From: Planctomycetota bacterium
GTDB taxonomy: Bacteria; Planctomycetota; UBA11346
Length of the DNA stretch: 64,000 bases
Assembly: GCA_013816485.1 (NCBI GenBank)
Contig: JACDEI010000021.1
Location: forward strand, 3,802-67,801
Direction of reading: 5' to 3'
The translations under genes were made by a program, and so were the position numbers. Positions 27,682-36,547 of this stretch are shown here, one piece after another (within the stretch, counting starts at the first letter, position 1; each line of letters begins with the position of its first letter). The notes beneath the pieces were generated by a model. It saw only the letters and a list, made by a program, of their open reading frames with translations, ran no database searches and was not told the DNA's origin.

Positions 27682-28079
27682 GCTCGTCTCCGCCTGTCGT
27701 GGGCCGCTGTTTGTCCGCCGGACTGCTGCCGGTTGCGCACTATGGCCTACGTCGCCTTCCTGGCATGTGCGATGGTCGCGCCAGCCAGGGGGACTGTGCC
27801 ACTCATTCCCGTCTCTACAGGACCCCGCGGGTCTGTAACAGCCCATGTCAGTCTGTCGGCAACCTGGACAGCGGGGAGCGGGAGATGTCGAGCAGCCCGG
27901 CATCACGGCGCCGGATCCGGGACATAATCCGGCATGTGGCATGCTGACACGGTCCAAGCCGAGCAAACCGCCGATCCTGCATCGCTTCACCGGCATGAAC
28001 CAGTGACAGGGTGTACAACCTGACATAGACTGACCAGAACCTGCATTCCAAGGTGCCGTTTAGTTCCTCTGAGGTCCCG

Positions 28080-29513
28080 ATGTCCCGTCTGCTGTCATCC
28101 GTTGCTGTCACCTTCCTGTTGCTCGGTGGACTCGCCGTGATGCCGGCGGCCCTGATGGCCGCCGCCGACAAGGAACCGGTCAACACCGCGTGGATGGAAG
28201 CGGGCAAGGCCGATGCCAAGGCGTCCTTCGCCAAACAGGCCGGCAGCGCCCCGAAGGCGGCGGCGTGGCCGACCATCATCGGCGAGTACCTGTGGAGCGG
28301 CCGCGCGGACGACAAATACAAACCGTTTTTCATGTTCGAACTGCGCGTGCGCGGTGCGACCAAGACCACCGAGGCGACCAAGTACCGCATCGTCACACTC
28401 GACCCGGCGCGCAAAGCGCAGACCAGCGGCCCGTGGATGGACCTCGGCAAGGTCAATCCGGGTGAGACGCGTGAGCTCAGCTACAAGCTGAACTGCCCGA
28501 CCTTCCAGGCCTTCCAGGTCGAGATCACCTGGAAGGATGGCGCGAAAAATGTGCAGGAGACCTACCTGGCATGGGACAAGGTCGCGATGCTGCCGGTGGC
28601 GCTCAGCGAGGTCGCCAATGTGCCGTTCCTCATCTGTCTGAACCAGAACTTCGAGCACGATGAGACCAAGAAGCTCGCGGCGGTCAGCTACATGCTGTGG
28701 AACATCGGCGGCAAACCGGCGAAGGACGTGCAGCAGACCATCCTGTTCAAGGACGGCGCCGGCAAAACCGTCCACAGCCACGAGATCAAGCCGGCTAGGC
28801 CCGAGGTTGCGGGCGGTTTCGTCGGCGAGGTGAAGTTGAGTGTGCCGAAGGTCCCGTCCTTCGCCAATCTCGCCATCGCCACCAAGATGACCGACATCAC
28901 CACGCTCGACCCGGGGAGCTTCACCGGGGCCGAGGAGGTCGAGATCGCGCAGGTGCGCGCCGAAGGCAAGGTCCTCAAGGCCAAGGTCCGCAACGGCCTC
29001 AAGACCCCGCTCAGCGGCGTGGTAGTGGTGATCACGTTGACCGATGGCAACGGCAAGGCGGTGAAAGCGCTCAACCTGCCGGTTGGCGAACTCAAGGCCG
29101 GCGAGGAGCGCGACCTCAGCACCGATATCAGCACGGTCGGGGTCTGGAGCGGTTACGAGGTTGGTTGGAAGAGCAGCGAACCGCCGGCGCCGACCGGCAC
29201 CACGGCGAGTGCGCCGAAAAGCCCCGCCACACCGGCGCTGCTGGTCGATGGCCTGGAGTTCACCGTCACCTCCACCAGGCCGGACAAGGATGGTCTGGCG
29301 GTGAGCGGCATCCTGCGCAACAAACGCGACGCCGATCTTGATGGTCTGGTGGTGTCGTTCACCCTGCCGAACGGCAGCAAGGACGGCGCGGTGGTGACGC
29401 TCAAACCGGGCAAATTGGTGATGGGCGAGGATGGCGTGGCGGTGAACTTCACCGCCACCGGCGTGAAGGCCTTCACCGGCCTGTCGCTCAAGTGGGTCTC
29501 CAAGAAGCAGTAG
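28080..29513 (+). CDS. Exported hypothetical protein with several Ig-like (FxLYD-like) domains
   Basis: Signal peptide; repeated VRNG...VVVITLTD...L.AGEER-type modules. Confidence 0.75.
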   Translation: MSRLLSSVAVTFLLLGGLAVMPAALMAAADKEPVNTAWMEAGKADAKASFAKQAGSAPKAAAWPTIIGEYLWSGRADDKYKPFFMFELRVRGATKTTEATKYRIVTLDPARKAQTSGPWMDLGKVNPGETRELSYKLNCPTFQAFQVEITWKDGAKNVQETYLAWDKVAMLPVALSEVANVPFLICLNQNFEHDETKKLAAVSYMLWNIGGKPAKDVQQTILFKDGAGKTVHSHEIKPARPEVAGGFVGEVKLSVPKVPSFANLAIATKMTDITTLDPGSFTGAEEVEIAQVRAEGKVLKAKVRNGLKTPLSGVVVVITLTDGNGKAVKALNLPVGELKAGEERDLSTDISTVGVWSGYEVGWKSSEPPAPTGTTASAPKSPATPALLVDGLEFTVTSTRPDKDGLAVSGILRNKRDADLDGLVVSFTLPNGSKDGAVVTLKPGKLVMGEDGVAVNFTATGVKAFTGLSLKWVSKKQ

Positions 29514-29626
29514 CGAACCCAAAACAGCGAACCAACAGCGAAATAATAGCGAACCAGCGGCGAAACTGCAGCACTGGAGTGGTGGCGACCGGCTTGTGCC
29601 GCGGATGAGAGCGGCACGCTGCCACC

Positions 29627-30136
29627 ATGACCGCAGATGCCTGGACGCTGATCGACACCGCTGGCCTTGCCACGCTCGACCGTGGCCCGCGTGTCGGCGT
29701 CGCCACCGCGACGAATCTGAGGCGTGCGCTGGCCGGCCATCTTACGGGGGCAGACGAGTCCCAGCGCGACGCCGCCTTGGCGTTGGCGCTGCTCTGGCAC
29801 GACGATCTCGACGGCGCCCATCAGTTATGCCAGGCGCACGAAGGCCACCCGGAGTGCGACTACGTCCACGCCTTGTTGCACCGGCGTGAAGGCGATTTCG
29901 CCAACGCCAAGTACTGGTTCCGCGAGGTCGGCAGCCATCCGGTCTACGCCACGGCGGCCACGGCGGCCTCGACGCTGGGCCTTGCCGCGTTGGCGGCGGG
30001 CGGGCGGTGGCGTCCGGCGGCGATGGTCGATGCCTGCGCGGCAGCGCTCGCGCGCGAGCCCGGCCTGCGTCCGGCGCTCATGCAGATCCAGGCGGCCGAG
30101 TTTCGCGCCCTTGCCGAGCACGCTTTCGCCCGGTGA
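29627..30136 (+). CDS. Conserved hypothetical helical protein
   Basis: AHQLCQ...HALLHRREGDFANAKYWFR motif. Confidence 0.8.
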   Translation: MTADAWTLIDTAGLATLDRGPRVGVATATNLRRALAGHLTGADESQRDAALALALLWHDDLDGAHQLCQAHEGHPECDYVHALLHRREGDFANAKYWFREVGSHPVYATAATAASTLGLAALAAGGRWRPAAMVDACAAALAREPGLRPALMQIQAAEFRALAEHAFAR

Positions 30137-30247
30137 GGGTGCTGGTGTCAGCAGGCAGGGGGAGCGCCGGAGACAAAGGCCTTTCCTTGGGTCATGCCCT
30201 CTTAGCATCCCGTCGATCGTCCGCCGGCATCCGCTGTTGACGATACC

Positions 30248-30994
30248 ATGGCGCAACAAACCGCTGCTTCGCCCACTCCTCCTGCCAGCCCGACGCCCGC
30301 GCGCGATCGTCGCTCCACTGATGGCGTTTCCGCCAACGGCGCGCCGTCGCGTCCACGAGCAATGACCCAAGCGAATTTCATCATGCCGGCCCTGCCGGAC
30401 GACCTGCGTGCGCAGGGCGTGTTCGTCAACCTCGAAGGTGACTACACCTACCTGGGCGACGGTTACTACCGCAGCATGGAGGCGGAGCATGAAGGCATGC
30501 TCGCCTTCCCTAGTCCGCAGGCGGCGATCGATGCGTACGTGGTGCCGCTCGCCTTGTCGAAAGCGCAGGCCGCGGGCATTCCCATTCCGCAGTGGGAAAT
30601 CGTCAACGATCAGGCGGTCAATCTGGCGCCGCCGCTGGTCGCCTATCCGATCAATCCCTTCCAGGATGAAGGCATCCTCATCGCCGATCACGCCGGCATG
30701 ACCGAAGCCTTCAAGTCGCTGACCATGTCGAACAAGTACGCAGTGGTGTGCCAGGCGATGCAGGCCGATGCGCGCATCGACACCCTGCGTATGGTGCTCG
30801 GAAAATGTCTGAAGCCAGAATATGCCGATCTTGCCGACAAACTCTGGCGCACGTTCCATATCCCGCTCGCGCGGGTGAAGATTATCGTCACGGAGAAGCA
30901 GCATCTCTTCAGCGCCATCCAACCGCTGAAGAAGGAGGAGCTGACGCAGAACGAGAAGGCGATTATCAAAGAGGCGGGACTGTGGAGAGCATGA
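30248..30994 (+). CDS. RimK-like ATP-grasp N-terminal (RLAN) domain protein
   Basis: VNLEGDYTYLGDGYYRSMEAE matches the RLAN motif. Confidence 0.75.
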   Translation: MAQQTAASPTPPASPTPARDRRSTDGVSANGAPSRPRAMTQANFIMPALPDDLRAQGVFVNLEGDYTYLGDGYYRSMEAEHEGMLAFPSPQAAIDAYVVPLALSKAQAAGIPIPQWEIVNDQAVNLAPPLVAYPINPFQDEGILIADHAGMTEAFKSLTMSNKYAVVCQAMQADARIDTLRMVLGKCLKPEYADLADKLWRTFHIPLARVKIIVTEKQHLFSAIQPLKKEELTQNEKAIIKEAGLWRA

Positions 30995-31004
30995 TGGCCG
31001 TCGC

Positions 31005-31084
31005 ATGTCCGATGTCCGATGTCCGATGTCCGGACAGCACGGGACGCGGACAGCACATCGGACATCGGACATCGGACATCGGAC
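31005..31084. repeat. Inverted heptamer tandem repeat (ATGTCCG)4 ... (ACATCGG)4
   Basis: Read directly from the sequence; intra-operon spacer. Confidence 0.95.
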
Positions 31085-31092
31085 GATAAGAC

Positions 31093-32013
31093 ATGGCCAG
31101 ATTGGCGATCTTCACCGAACGTTACACCATCCGCCGTGCCGTCGAACTGACGGCGCTGACCAACTTCCGCATCGCCGCGGCCAAGCTCGGGCACGATTGC
31201 GACTTCCTCTTCCGCTCGGAGATCATGAACATCCCGCGCTATGACGGGCTGCTCATCCGTGCGCTCACCGATCCGCTGAACACCAGCTATGTCGCTGCGC
31301 GTCTTGCCGAGGTCCACGGCCTGCGCGTGATCGACGAGCCCGACTCGATCATGGTGTGCTGCGACAAGGTGAACATGTACCAGCACCTGATGCGTGCGGA
31401 CGTGCCGATTCCTGACACCTGTTTCCTCACCGAGGACGAGGTGACGATCGAACAGGCCAAGGAATTGTTCGAGAGCTACGGCCGACCGCTGGTGCTCAAG
31501 GCGCCGAACTCGTCCTTCAGCGCCTATGTCGAGAAGGTCCACGACGAGGCCACCTTCGTGAAGGTCGGTAAACGCTTTCTGCGCCGTGCGGATCGCCTGG
31601 TGGTGCAGCAGTACCTGCCGTCATCATTCGATTGGCGCGTCACTATCCTCGACGGCAAGGTGTTGTTCGCGGTGAAGTACGTGATGGCGAAGGGGGCATG
31701 GAAAGCGCACGACAAGGACACCGAAGGCCGCCCGAACATCTGCGAGGTGGTCGGCGTCGAGAAGAGCCAGATCGATCCGCGCTTGATCGAGGTCGCGCTT
31801 AAGGCCGGCGCCTCCATCGGTCGCAGTCTGTACGGCGTCGATTTGAAAGAGATCGACGGCAGTTTCATGGTCATCGAAGTTAACGACAACCCGAACATCG
31901 ATGCGGGGGTCGAGGACATCAAGAATCCCGAGGTTTACCGCAACGTCGTTCGCCATCTCGCCGGGGAACCGTGGGAAGGCTGGTACGAGTTGAAGAGCGG
32001 CGCGAGCGCGTGA
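31093..32013 (+). CDS. RimK-family ATP-grasp ligase
   Basis: CCDKV, PLVLKAPNSSFS, QQYLP...DWRV, YGVDLK, IEVNDNP. Confidence 0.93.
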   Translation: MARLAIFTERYTIRRAVELTALTNFRIAAAKLGHDCDFLFRSEIMNIPRYDGLLIRALTDPLNTSYVAARLAEVHGLRVIDEPDSIMVCCDKVNMYQHLMRADVPIPDTCFLTEDEVTIEQAKELFESYGRPLVLKAPNSSFSAYVEKVHDEATFVKVGKRFLRRADRLVVQQYLPSSFDWRVTILDGKVLFAVKYVMAKGAWKAHDKDTEGRPNICEVVGVEKSQIDPRLIEVALKAGASIGRSLYGVDLKEIDGSFMVIEVNDNPNIDAGVEDIKNPEVYRNVVRHLAGEPWEGWYELKSGASA

Positions 32014-32537
32014 CCCCACGCGTGACGCCCGGCACGGCGTCTTCCGCAGCGCCCGCCGCCAAATCGTTGCGGATGATGGTCGCCGGACCGGCACAACTCC
32101 AGCCGATCATCGAGCTGGAAGCCCGCAGTTTCATCCCTTCCGACCGTTTCGCCCGCGCCACCTGGCGTCACCTGTTGGGGCCGGCGCGGATGCGTGGCAG
32201 TTCGTTGACGCTGGTGGCGCTCAGTGGTGGGCATGTGGTCGGTGCGCTCAACGCACTGCTGCGGCGCGACGGACATACCGCGCGGCTCTATTCCCTGGCG
32301 GTCGACCCGCAGGAACGCGGTCGTGGCATCGGCGGTTTGCTGGTACGCCACCTCGCCAAGCGTCTGCCGCCGGCCTTCACCGTGTTGTCGCTGGAGGTCC
32401 GCCATGACAACGCCGCCGCCCGCGTGCTCTATGAACGGCTGGGATTCACCGTGTTTGAGCACCTGCCCGCTTATTATCCGGATGGCGGCGACGGTGTGCG
32501 ACTGCGGGCGTCGCGCGCTGCCGTGCGCCGTGGCTGA
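32010..32537 (+). CDS. GNAT acetyltransferase (RimI-like)
   Basis: RLYSLAVDP..RGRGIG, LEVRHDN, LYERLGF, YYPDG; GTGA overlap. Confidence 0.9.
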   Translation: MTPRVTPGTASSAAPAAKSLRMMVAGPAQLQPIIELEARSFIPSDRFARATWRHLLGPARMRGSSLTLVALSGGHVVGALNALLRRDGHTARLYSLAVDPQERGRGIGGLLVRHLAKRLPPAFTVLSLEVRHDNAAARVLYERLGFTVFEHLPAYYPDGGDGVRLRASRAAVRRG

Positions 32538-32626
32538 CGCGTGCGCCACGGTGAGACGGCGGCTGGCGAGTTGCGCCCAGGCACTGGCATCACAGGATGC
32601 GCCGCGACGACTTCCCTGGGGGATCC

Positions 32627-33154
32627 ATGCGTTCATCCGTGTTCTGCACCGTCCTGTTGTCTGTGGCCATCCTCGCCGGATGTGGCCGCCGCGCGGAGGA
32701 GACCGTCCAGGCTCCGCCACCCCCGCCGCCCAGCGCCTGGGTTCAGGCCGACAGCGCTAAGGTCGCCGATGAACTGCTGGGCGAGATGGTCAAGCGCCCG
32801 TGGGTCGGCGAGTTCAAGGAACGCACCGGTCGCGTGCCCAAGGTCGCCCTCGGTGCGTTCAGCGATCGTTCCAAGGGTGATGTCGACCTGGCGCTGCACC
32901 GCGGTGAGCTCGCCCGCGCCCTGGCCGCCGGTGGTGTGGTCCAGGTGCTCGACACCACCGAGGGGGCCGACTTCCTGCTCAAGGGTGCGGTCGGCTCGAA
33001 CGACGGCACCGACGGCGAGATCCCGGTCAAACGCTACCAGATCGACCTGACCCTGGTCGATGCCAAGACTGGTGATGTGGCCACCCCGTCCCTCTCGATT
33101 GAGAAGCAGAAAGACGACCGCGCGCTGCCGGCCACCCCGGCCCCGGCTCCCTGA
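32627..33154 (+). CDS. Lipoprotein, LpoB/CsgG-like
   Basis: LAGC lipobox; GADFLLKGAV...YQIDLTLVDAKTG. Confidence 0.75.
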   Translation: MRSSVFCTVLLSVAILAGCGRRAEETVQAPPPPPPSAWVQADSAKVADELLGEMVKRPWVGEFKERTGRVPKVALGAFSDRSKGDVDLALHRGELARALAAGGVVQVLDTTEGADFLLKGAVGSNDGTDGEIPVKRYQIDLTLVDAKTGDVATPSLSIEKQKDDRALPATPAPAP

Positions 33155-33405
33155 GCGCGGCCCTGGCTCCCTGAGCGCGGCGCCGCTAGGCCCCAGCAGG
33201 CCAGCCCAAGCGTCACCGCCGCAGTGGCCTGGGTGTGGATGTGGACACCACATCTAACCCCAGTCACCGTCTGATGCACCGCGCGGACAGCCTTTGTTCG
33301 CCCGCCTTGTCGGCACCCCCCACCCATCTAGTGTCGCCACTCCCAGTGGCAGCCCGCAGGCCCGTTGTCGGGTCCAAGGCTGCGACCATTTCGAGAGGAG
33401 CCGCT

Positions 33406-34593
33406 ATGCGCCGTCTGCGCATCAGCTCAATCACCCAAGCCGTCGTCGCGTTCATTGCGACCGCGGGGAGCTTTGCCCTGACTGGAGTTGCGCCGCAGCT
33501 CCAGGGTGCGGAGGTGGCCGAGTTCGGCACTCCGAACCAGGAGTATCTCGACCAGAAGGCCGAGCTTGAAAAGCTCGTCCAGTCGCGCGACACCGATCTC
33601 TACGAGCTCAATTTCGAGCCGCTGATGATGGATGAGGTCTCGCTCAAGGACAAGACCGGCAAACTGCAAGTCTACACCTACCTGACCTTCCGACTGCGCA
33701 ACGAGATCAAGGACGCGACCAAGCCGACGATCGCCAAGCCCAGCCGTTACAACGAGATCCTCAAGGCCATCACCGAGCAGTACGAATACGCCAAGGTCGA
33801 TGGCGCGAAGCTCGCGGTCGATGGTGTTGTTGGTGCCGACGGTGTGATCGTCGATCGTGAAGACCTCAAGCCGCGCACGCGCAAGGTCAACATCACCGTG
33901 ATCGCCTACAACGAACACGGCACGCGCATCCAACTGCTCGACGAACCGGTCGGCAGCGGCGTGCAGAACGATTTCAACTTCCCCGACTACGGCGAGCTAT
34001 CGCGCGATGCGGTGCTCAAGCGCGTGCGCGAAGAGGTCGAAGAGGTCGCCCAGCGTCGTTTGCTGACCGTCGACGAACTGCGCATCAAGGAACTGCCGCC
34101 CTACGACGCGACCAAGCGCGATGAAGAAGGCGTCGCCGAAGGCGAAGCCTTCGGCGTGGTGCTGTTCAACCGCTTGAGCGTCTACGGCGACAAGATCACC
34201 GTCGAAGTGCGCGGCCTGTCGAACAAGTTCCGCATCCGTGCGCCGGAATCCAAGCCGGACGAGGTCGGCAATTACGTCGGATCACGTTTCATGCGCCGCG
34301 TCTATACGCTGCGCTACGTGCGTCCGGGCGACGAATACTTCCGCCACCTCGACGAGTACGAACTGGTCAAGGGCGGCTGGGAATGGGTCAACACCTTCCA
34401 GCGTTTGCACCAGCGCAAGTCGATCGCTTACGCCAAGTACTTCCTCAACAACATCACTGACACCAAGGACGTGCGCCAGCCGAAGGTCGAAGAAGAGCTG
34501 TGGGAGTACTACGACGCCGTGCGTGCGGCCAAGTCGGATGCCGGCGACAAGCTGCCGGACCTCAAGGCCACTCTCAAGGAGCGCACGGAGTAA
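33406..34593 (+). CDS. Exported conserved hypothetical protein
   Basis: GAGGAG RBS before ATG 33406; signal-like N-terminus; host-like codon bias. Confidence 0.8.
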   Translation: MRRLRISSITQAVVAFIATAGSFALTGVAPQLQGAEVAEFGTPNQEYLDQKAELEKLVQSRDTDLYELNFEPLMMDEVSLKDKTGKLQVYTYLTFRLRNEIKDATKPTIAKPSRYNEILKAITEQYEYAKVDGAKLAVDGVVGADGVIVDREDLKPRTRKVNITVIAYNEHGTRIQLLDEPVGSGVQNDFNFPDYGELSRDAVLKRVREEVEEVAQRRLLTVDELRIKELPPYDATKRDEEGVAEGEAFGVVLFNRLSVYGDKITVEVRGLSNKFRIRAPESKPDEVGNYVGSRFMRRVYTLRYVRPGDEYFRHLDEYELVKGGWEWVNTFQRLHQRKSIAYAKYFLNNITDTKDVRQPKVEEELWEYYDAVRAAKSDAGDKLPDLKATLKERTE

Positions 34594-34607
34594 TCCGCCG
34601 CTGACTG

Positions 34608-34928
34608 ATGCCCGTGGCGACCAAGGAACATCCTCCCGTGAGCAGCCCGCTCGATGTCAGCCAGTCGCCGGCAGCGGTGTTCGCTGGCCTCGACGCGGCG
34701 GTGCAGCGGTTGGTGGTGATCGCCTACACGCTCTACGGCGGCAATTGGGACGACTGTGCCGAGGATCTGAAACGCCGTGCCGGTGGTCAGCCCTACCTCT
34801 ACCGCTTGAAGATTGATCTCGACGATGCGCCCGGCTGGCTGGCGCGGCTCAAGGAATACGAACAGGCGCGCGGCGAGCGATTCACCGCCGTGGCCAAAGA
34901 TGCAGACCAGGACGCAAACAGGACGTGA
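34608..34928 (+). CDS. Small hypothetical protein
   Basis: 106 aa ORF in operon context; LYGGNWD...PYLYRL...LKEYE. Confidence 0.7.
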   Translation: MPVATKEHPPVSSPLDVSQSPAAVFAGLDAAVQRLVVIAYTLYGGNWDDCAEDLKRRAGGQPYLYRLKIDLDDAPGWLARLKEYEQARGERFTAVAKDADQDANRT

Positions 34929-34944
34929 AAAAGGATCTCCACTG

Positions 34945-36450
34945 ATGTCGACCTCGACCCACTCCCGCCTCTCCGGTCGTTTCGGAGCAGCCACCGCCTC
35001 GGTTTTCCTTGTCGCCACCCTGGCCGTGCTCAGCGGTTGTGGCGGCAGTGATCGCGACGACGCCCCGGCGCCTAGGCCGGCGGACAAGTCGGCCAAGGGT
35101 TCGACCGCATCGGCGGCTGCGAGCGTCAAGGCCAATGCCCCTGGCGCGGTGCGCAAACTCAAGGACACCTCCTTTGAGCATTCGTGGGACCTGCAACTGC
35201 CCAAGCGCATCCGCAATGCCTGGATCAGCCCCGAACTGCCGGACATCATCTTCTTCCAGATCGTCGATACCTACGAGATCTACGCGGTCGATGCCTACAG
35301 CGGCAACACCCGGTGGGTCACGCCGGCCTTCGACAAGCCCGCCCGTCTGCTGCCGGGCGCCAGCCGCTCGACGGCGATTAACCGTCAGGGCGAGTCGGTC
35401 ACCGACGATCGCATCTGGGTCATCGCCGACGACACGCTGTTCAGCTTCGACGCGGTCTACGGTCAGGTGGTCTGGCGTTGGCAGTTGCCGTTCTCGCCCT
35501 CGACCAGCCCGATGGCGGTGGGTGCCGATGCGACCCAACGGGTGTTCATCGGTGATTGGGAAGGCCGTCTGCGTGTGGTCACCAACCACCCGGATAAGGG
35601 CTTCCCCTACGTGTTGTGGCAGTGGAATCTGCTCCAGCCGCTCAGCGCGGAGCCGGTCAACCACGAAGGTCTGGTCTATGTCGGCGACCACTCCGGCAAG
35701 GTGCACTGCTTCAAGCTCGATCGCGATCTGGTGTGGTCGTTCGACACCGGCGCCGCGGTCTACGGCTCGGTGCTGACGCGCGGGCGCACGCTCTACGTCG
35801 GCAACGACAACAACACGCTGTATGCCCTCAACCGCCTGTCGGGCGAGCGTATCGGTGCGTTGTACATGAATGGCGCGATCAAACGCGCGCCATTCGCCTT
35901 TGATGGCGAACCGGGCCGCATCTACGTGTGGGTCGAGGCCAGCAACGAGAAGGCCGCGGGCCTCTACGCGATCAAGACCCAGTCGGACACCGTGCCGTTC
36001 ACCGAGCCGACCAGACATCCGCTCGAAGTGGAGCGTCTCGGTGTCGAGTGGTTCGCACCGCAGTTCGACCGCTTGGTCGGTTCGACGCCGGAGCACCTGT
36101 TCGTCACCAAGGGTGACAGCACGGTGATCCACGCCCTCCACCGTGCCACCGGCAAGGTCATGTGGAGCTGGGACACCAACGAACTGCATCAGGCGTACGT
36201 CGATGAGCGTGGGCGCAAAGATCCCCGCGATGCGGTGTTCGTCGCCCAGTACCACGACCGTCGTGACCAGAACCGTTCGCTCTACACCGCGGACGACACC
36301 GGCCACATCATCGCCTTCCGCGTTTTCGGCGACAAGCCGGGTGATCCGCTGACCGGTGCCAGTGCGGTGAAACGTGCGGCGGCCAAGTCGGCGGAGAAAC
36401 CCGCTGCCGCTGGCGACGCGGCCAAGCCGGAAAAAGCGCCCGAGAACTGA
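34945..36450 (+). CDS. PQQ-like beta-propeller lipoprotein (BamB-like)
   Basis: LSGC lipobox; repeated YAVDAYSGNTRW / FSFDAVYGQVVW / HALHRATGKVMW motifs. Confidence 0.85.
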   Translation: MSTSTHSRLSGRFGAATASVFLVATLAVLSGCGGSDRDDAPAPRPADKSAKGSTASAAASVKANAPGAVRKLKDTSFEHSWDLQLPKRIRNAWISPELPDIIFFQIVDTYEIYAVDAYSGNTRWVTPAFDKPARLLPGASRSTAINRQGESVTDDRIWVIADDTLFSFDAVYGQVVWRWQLPFSPSTSPMAVGADATQRVFIGDWEGRLRVVTNHPDKGFPYVLWQWNLLQPLSAEPVNHEGLVYVGDHSGKVHCFKLDRDLVWSFDTGAAVYGSVLTRGRTLYVGNDNNTLYALNRLSGERIGALYMNGAIKRAPFAFDGEPGRIYVWVEASNEKAAGLYAIKTQSDTVPFTEPTRHPLEVERLGVEWFAPQFDRLVGSTPEHLFVTKGDSTVIHALHRATGKVMWSWDTNELHQAYVDERGRKDPRDAVFVAQYHDRRDQNRSLYTADDTGHIIAFRVFGDKPGDPLTGASAVKRAAAKSAEKPAAAGDAAKPEKAPEN

Positions 36451-36475
36451 TCGGCTCTAGGGCTGCTTGCCCGAC

Positions 36476-36527
36476 GCAAAAACCCCTGGCATCAGCCAGG
36501 GGTTTTTGCTTTTGCTTTTGCTTTTGC
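36476..36527. terminator. Bidirectional intrinsic terminator followed by (TTTTGC)n
   Basis: GCAAAAACCCCTGGC-ATCA-GCCAGGGGTTTTTGC between convergent genes. Confidence 0.88.
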
Positions 36528-36547
36528 TGAGCCTGGGTGCGCGTCGG

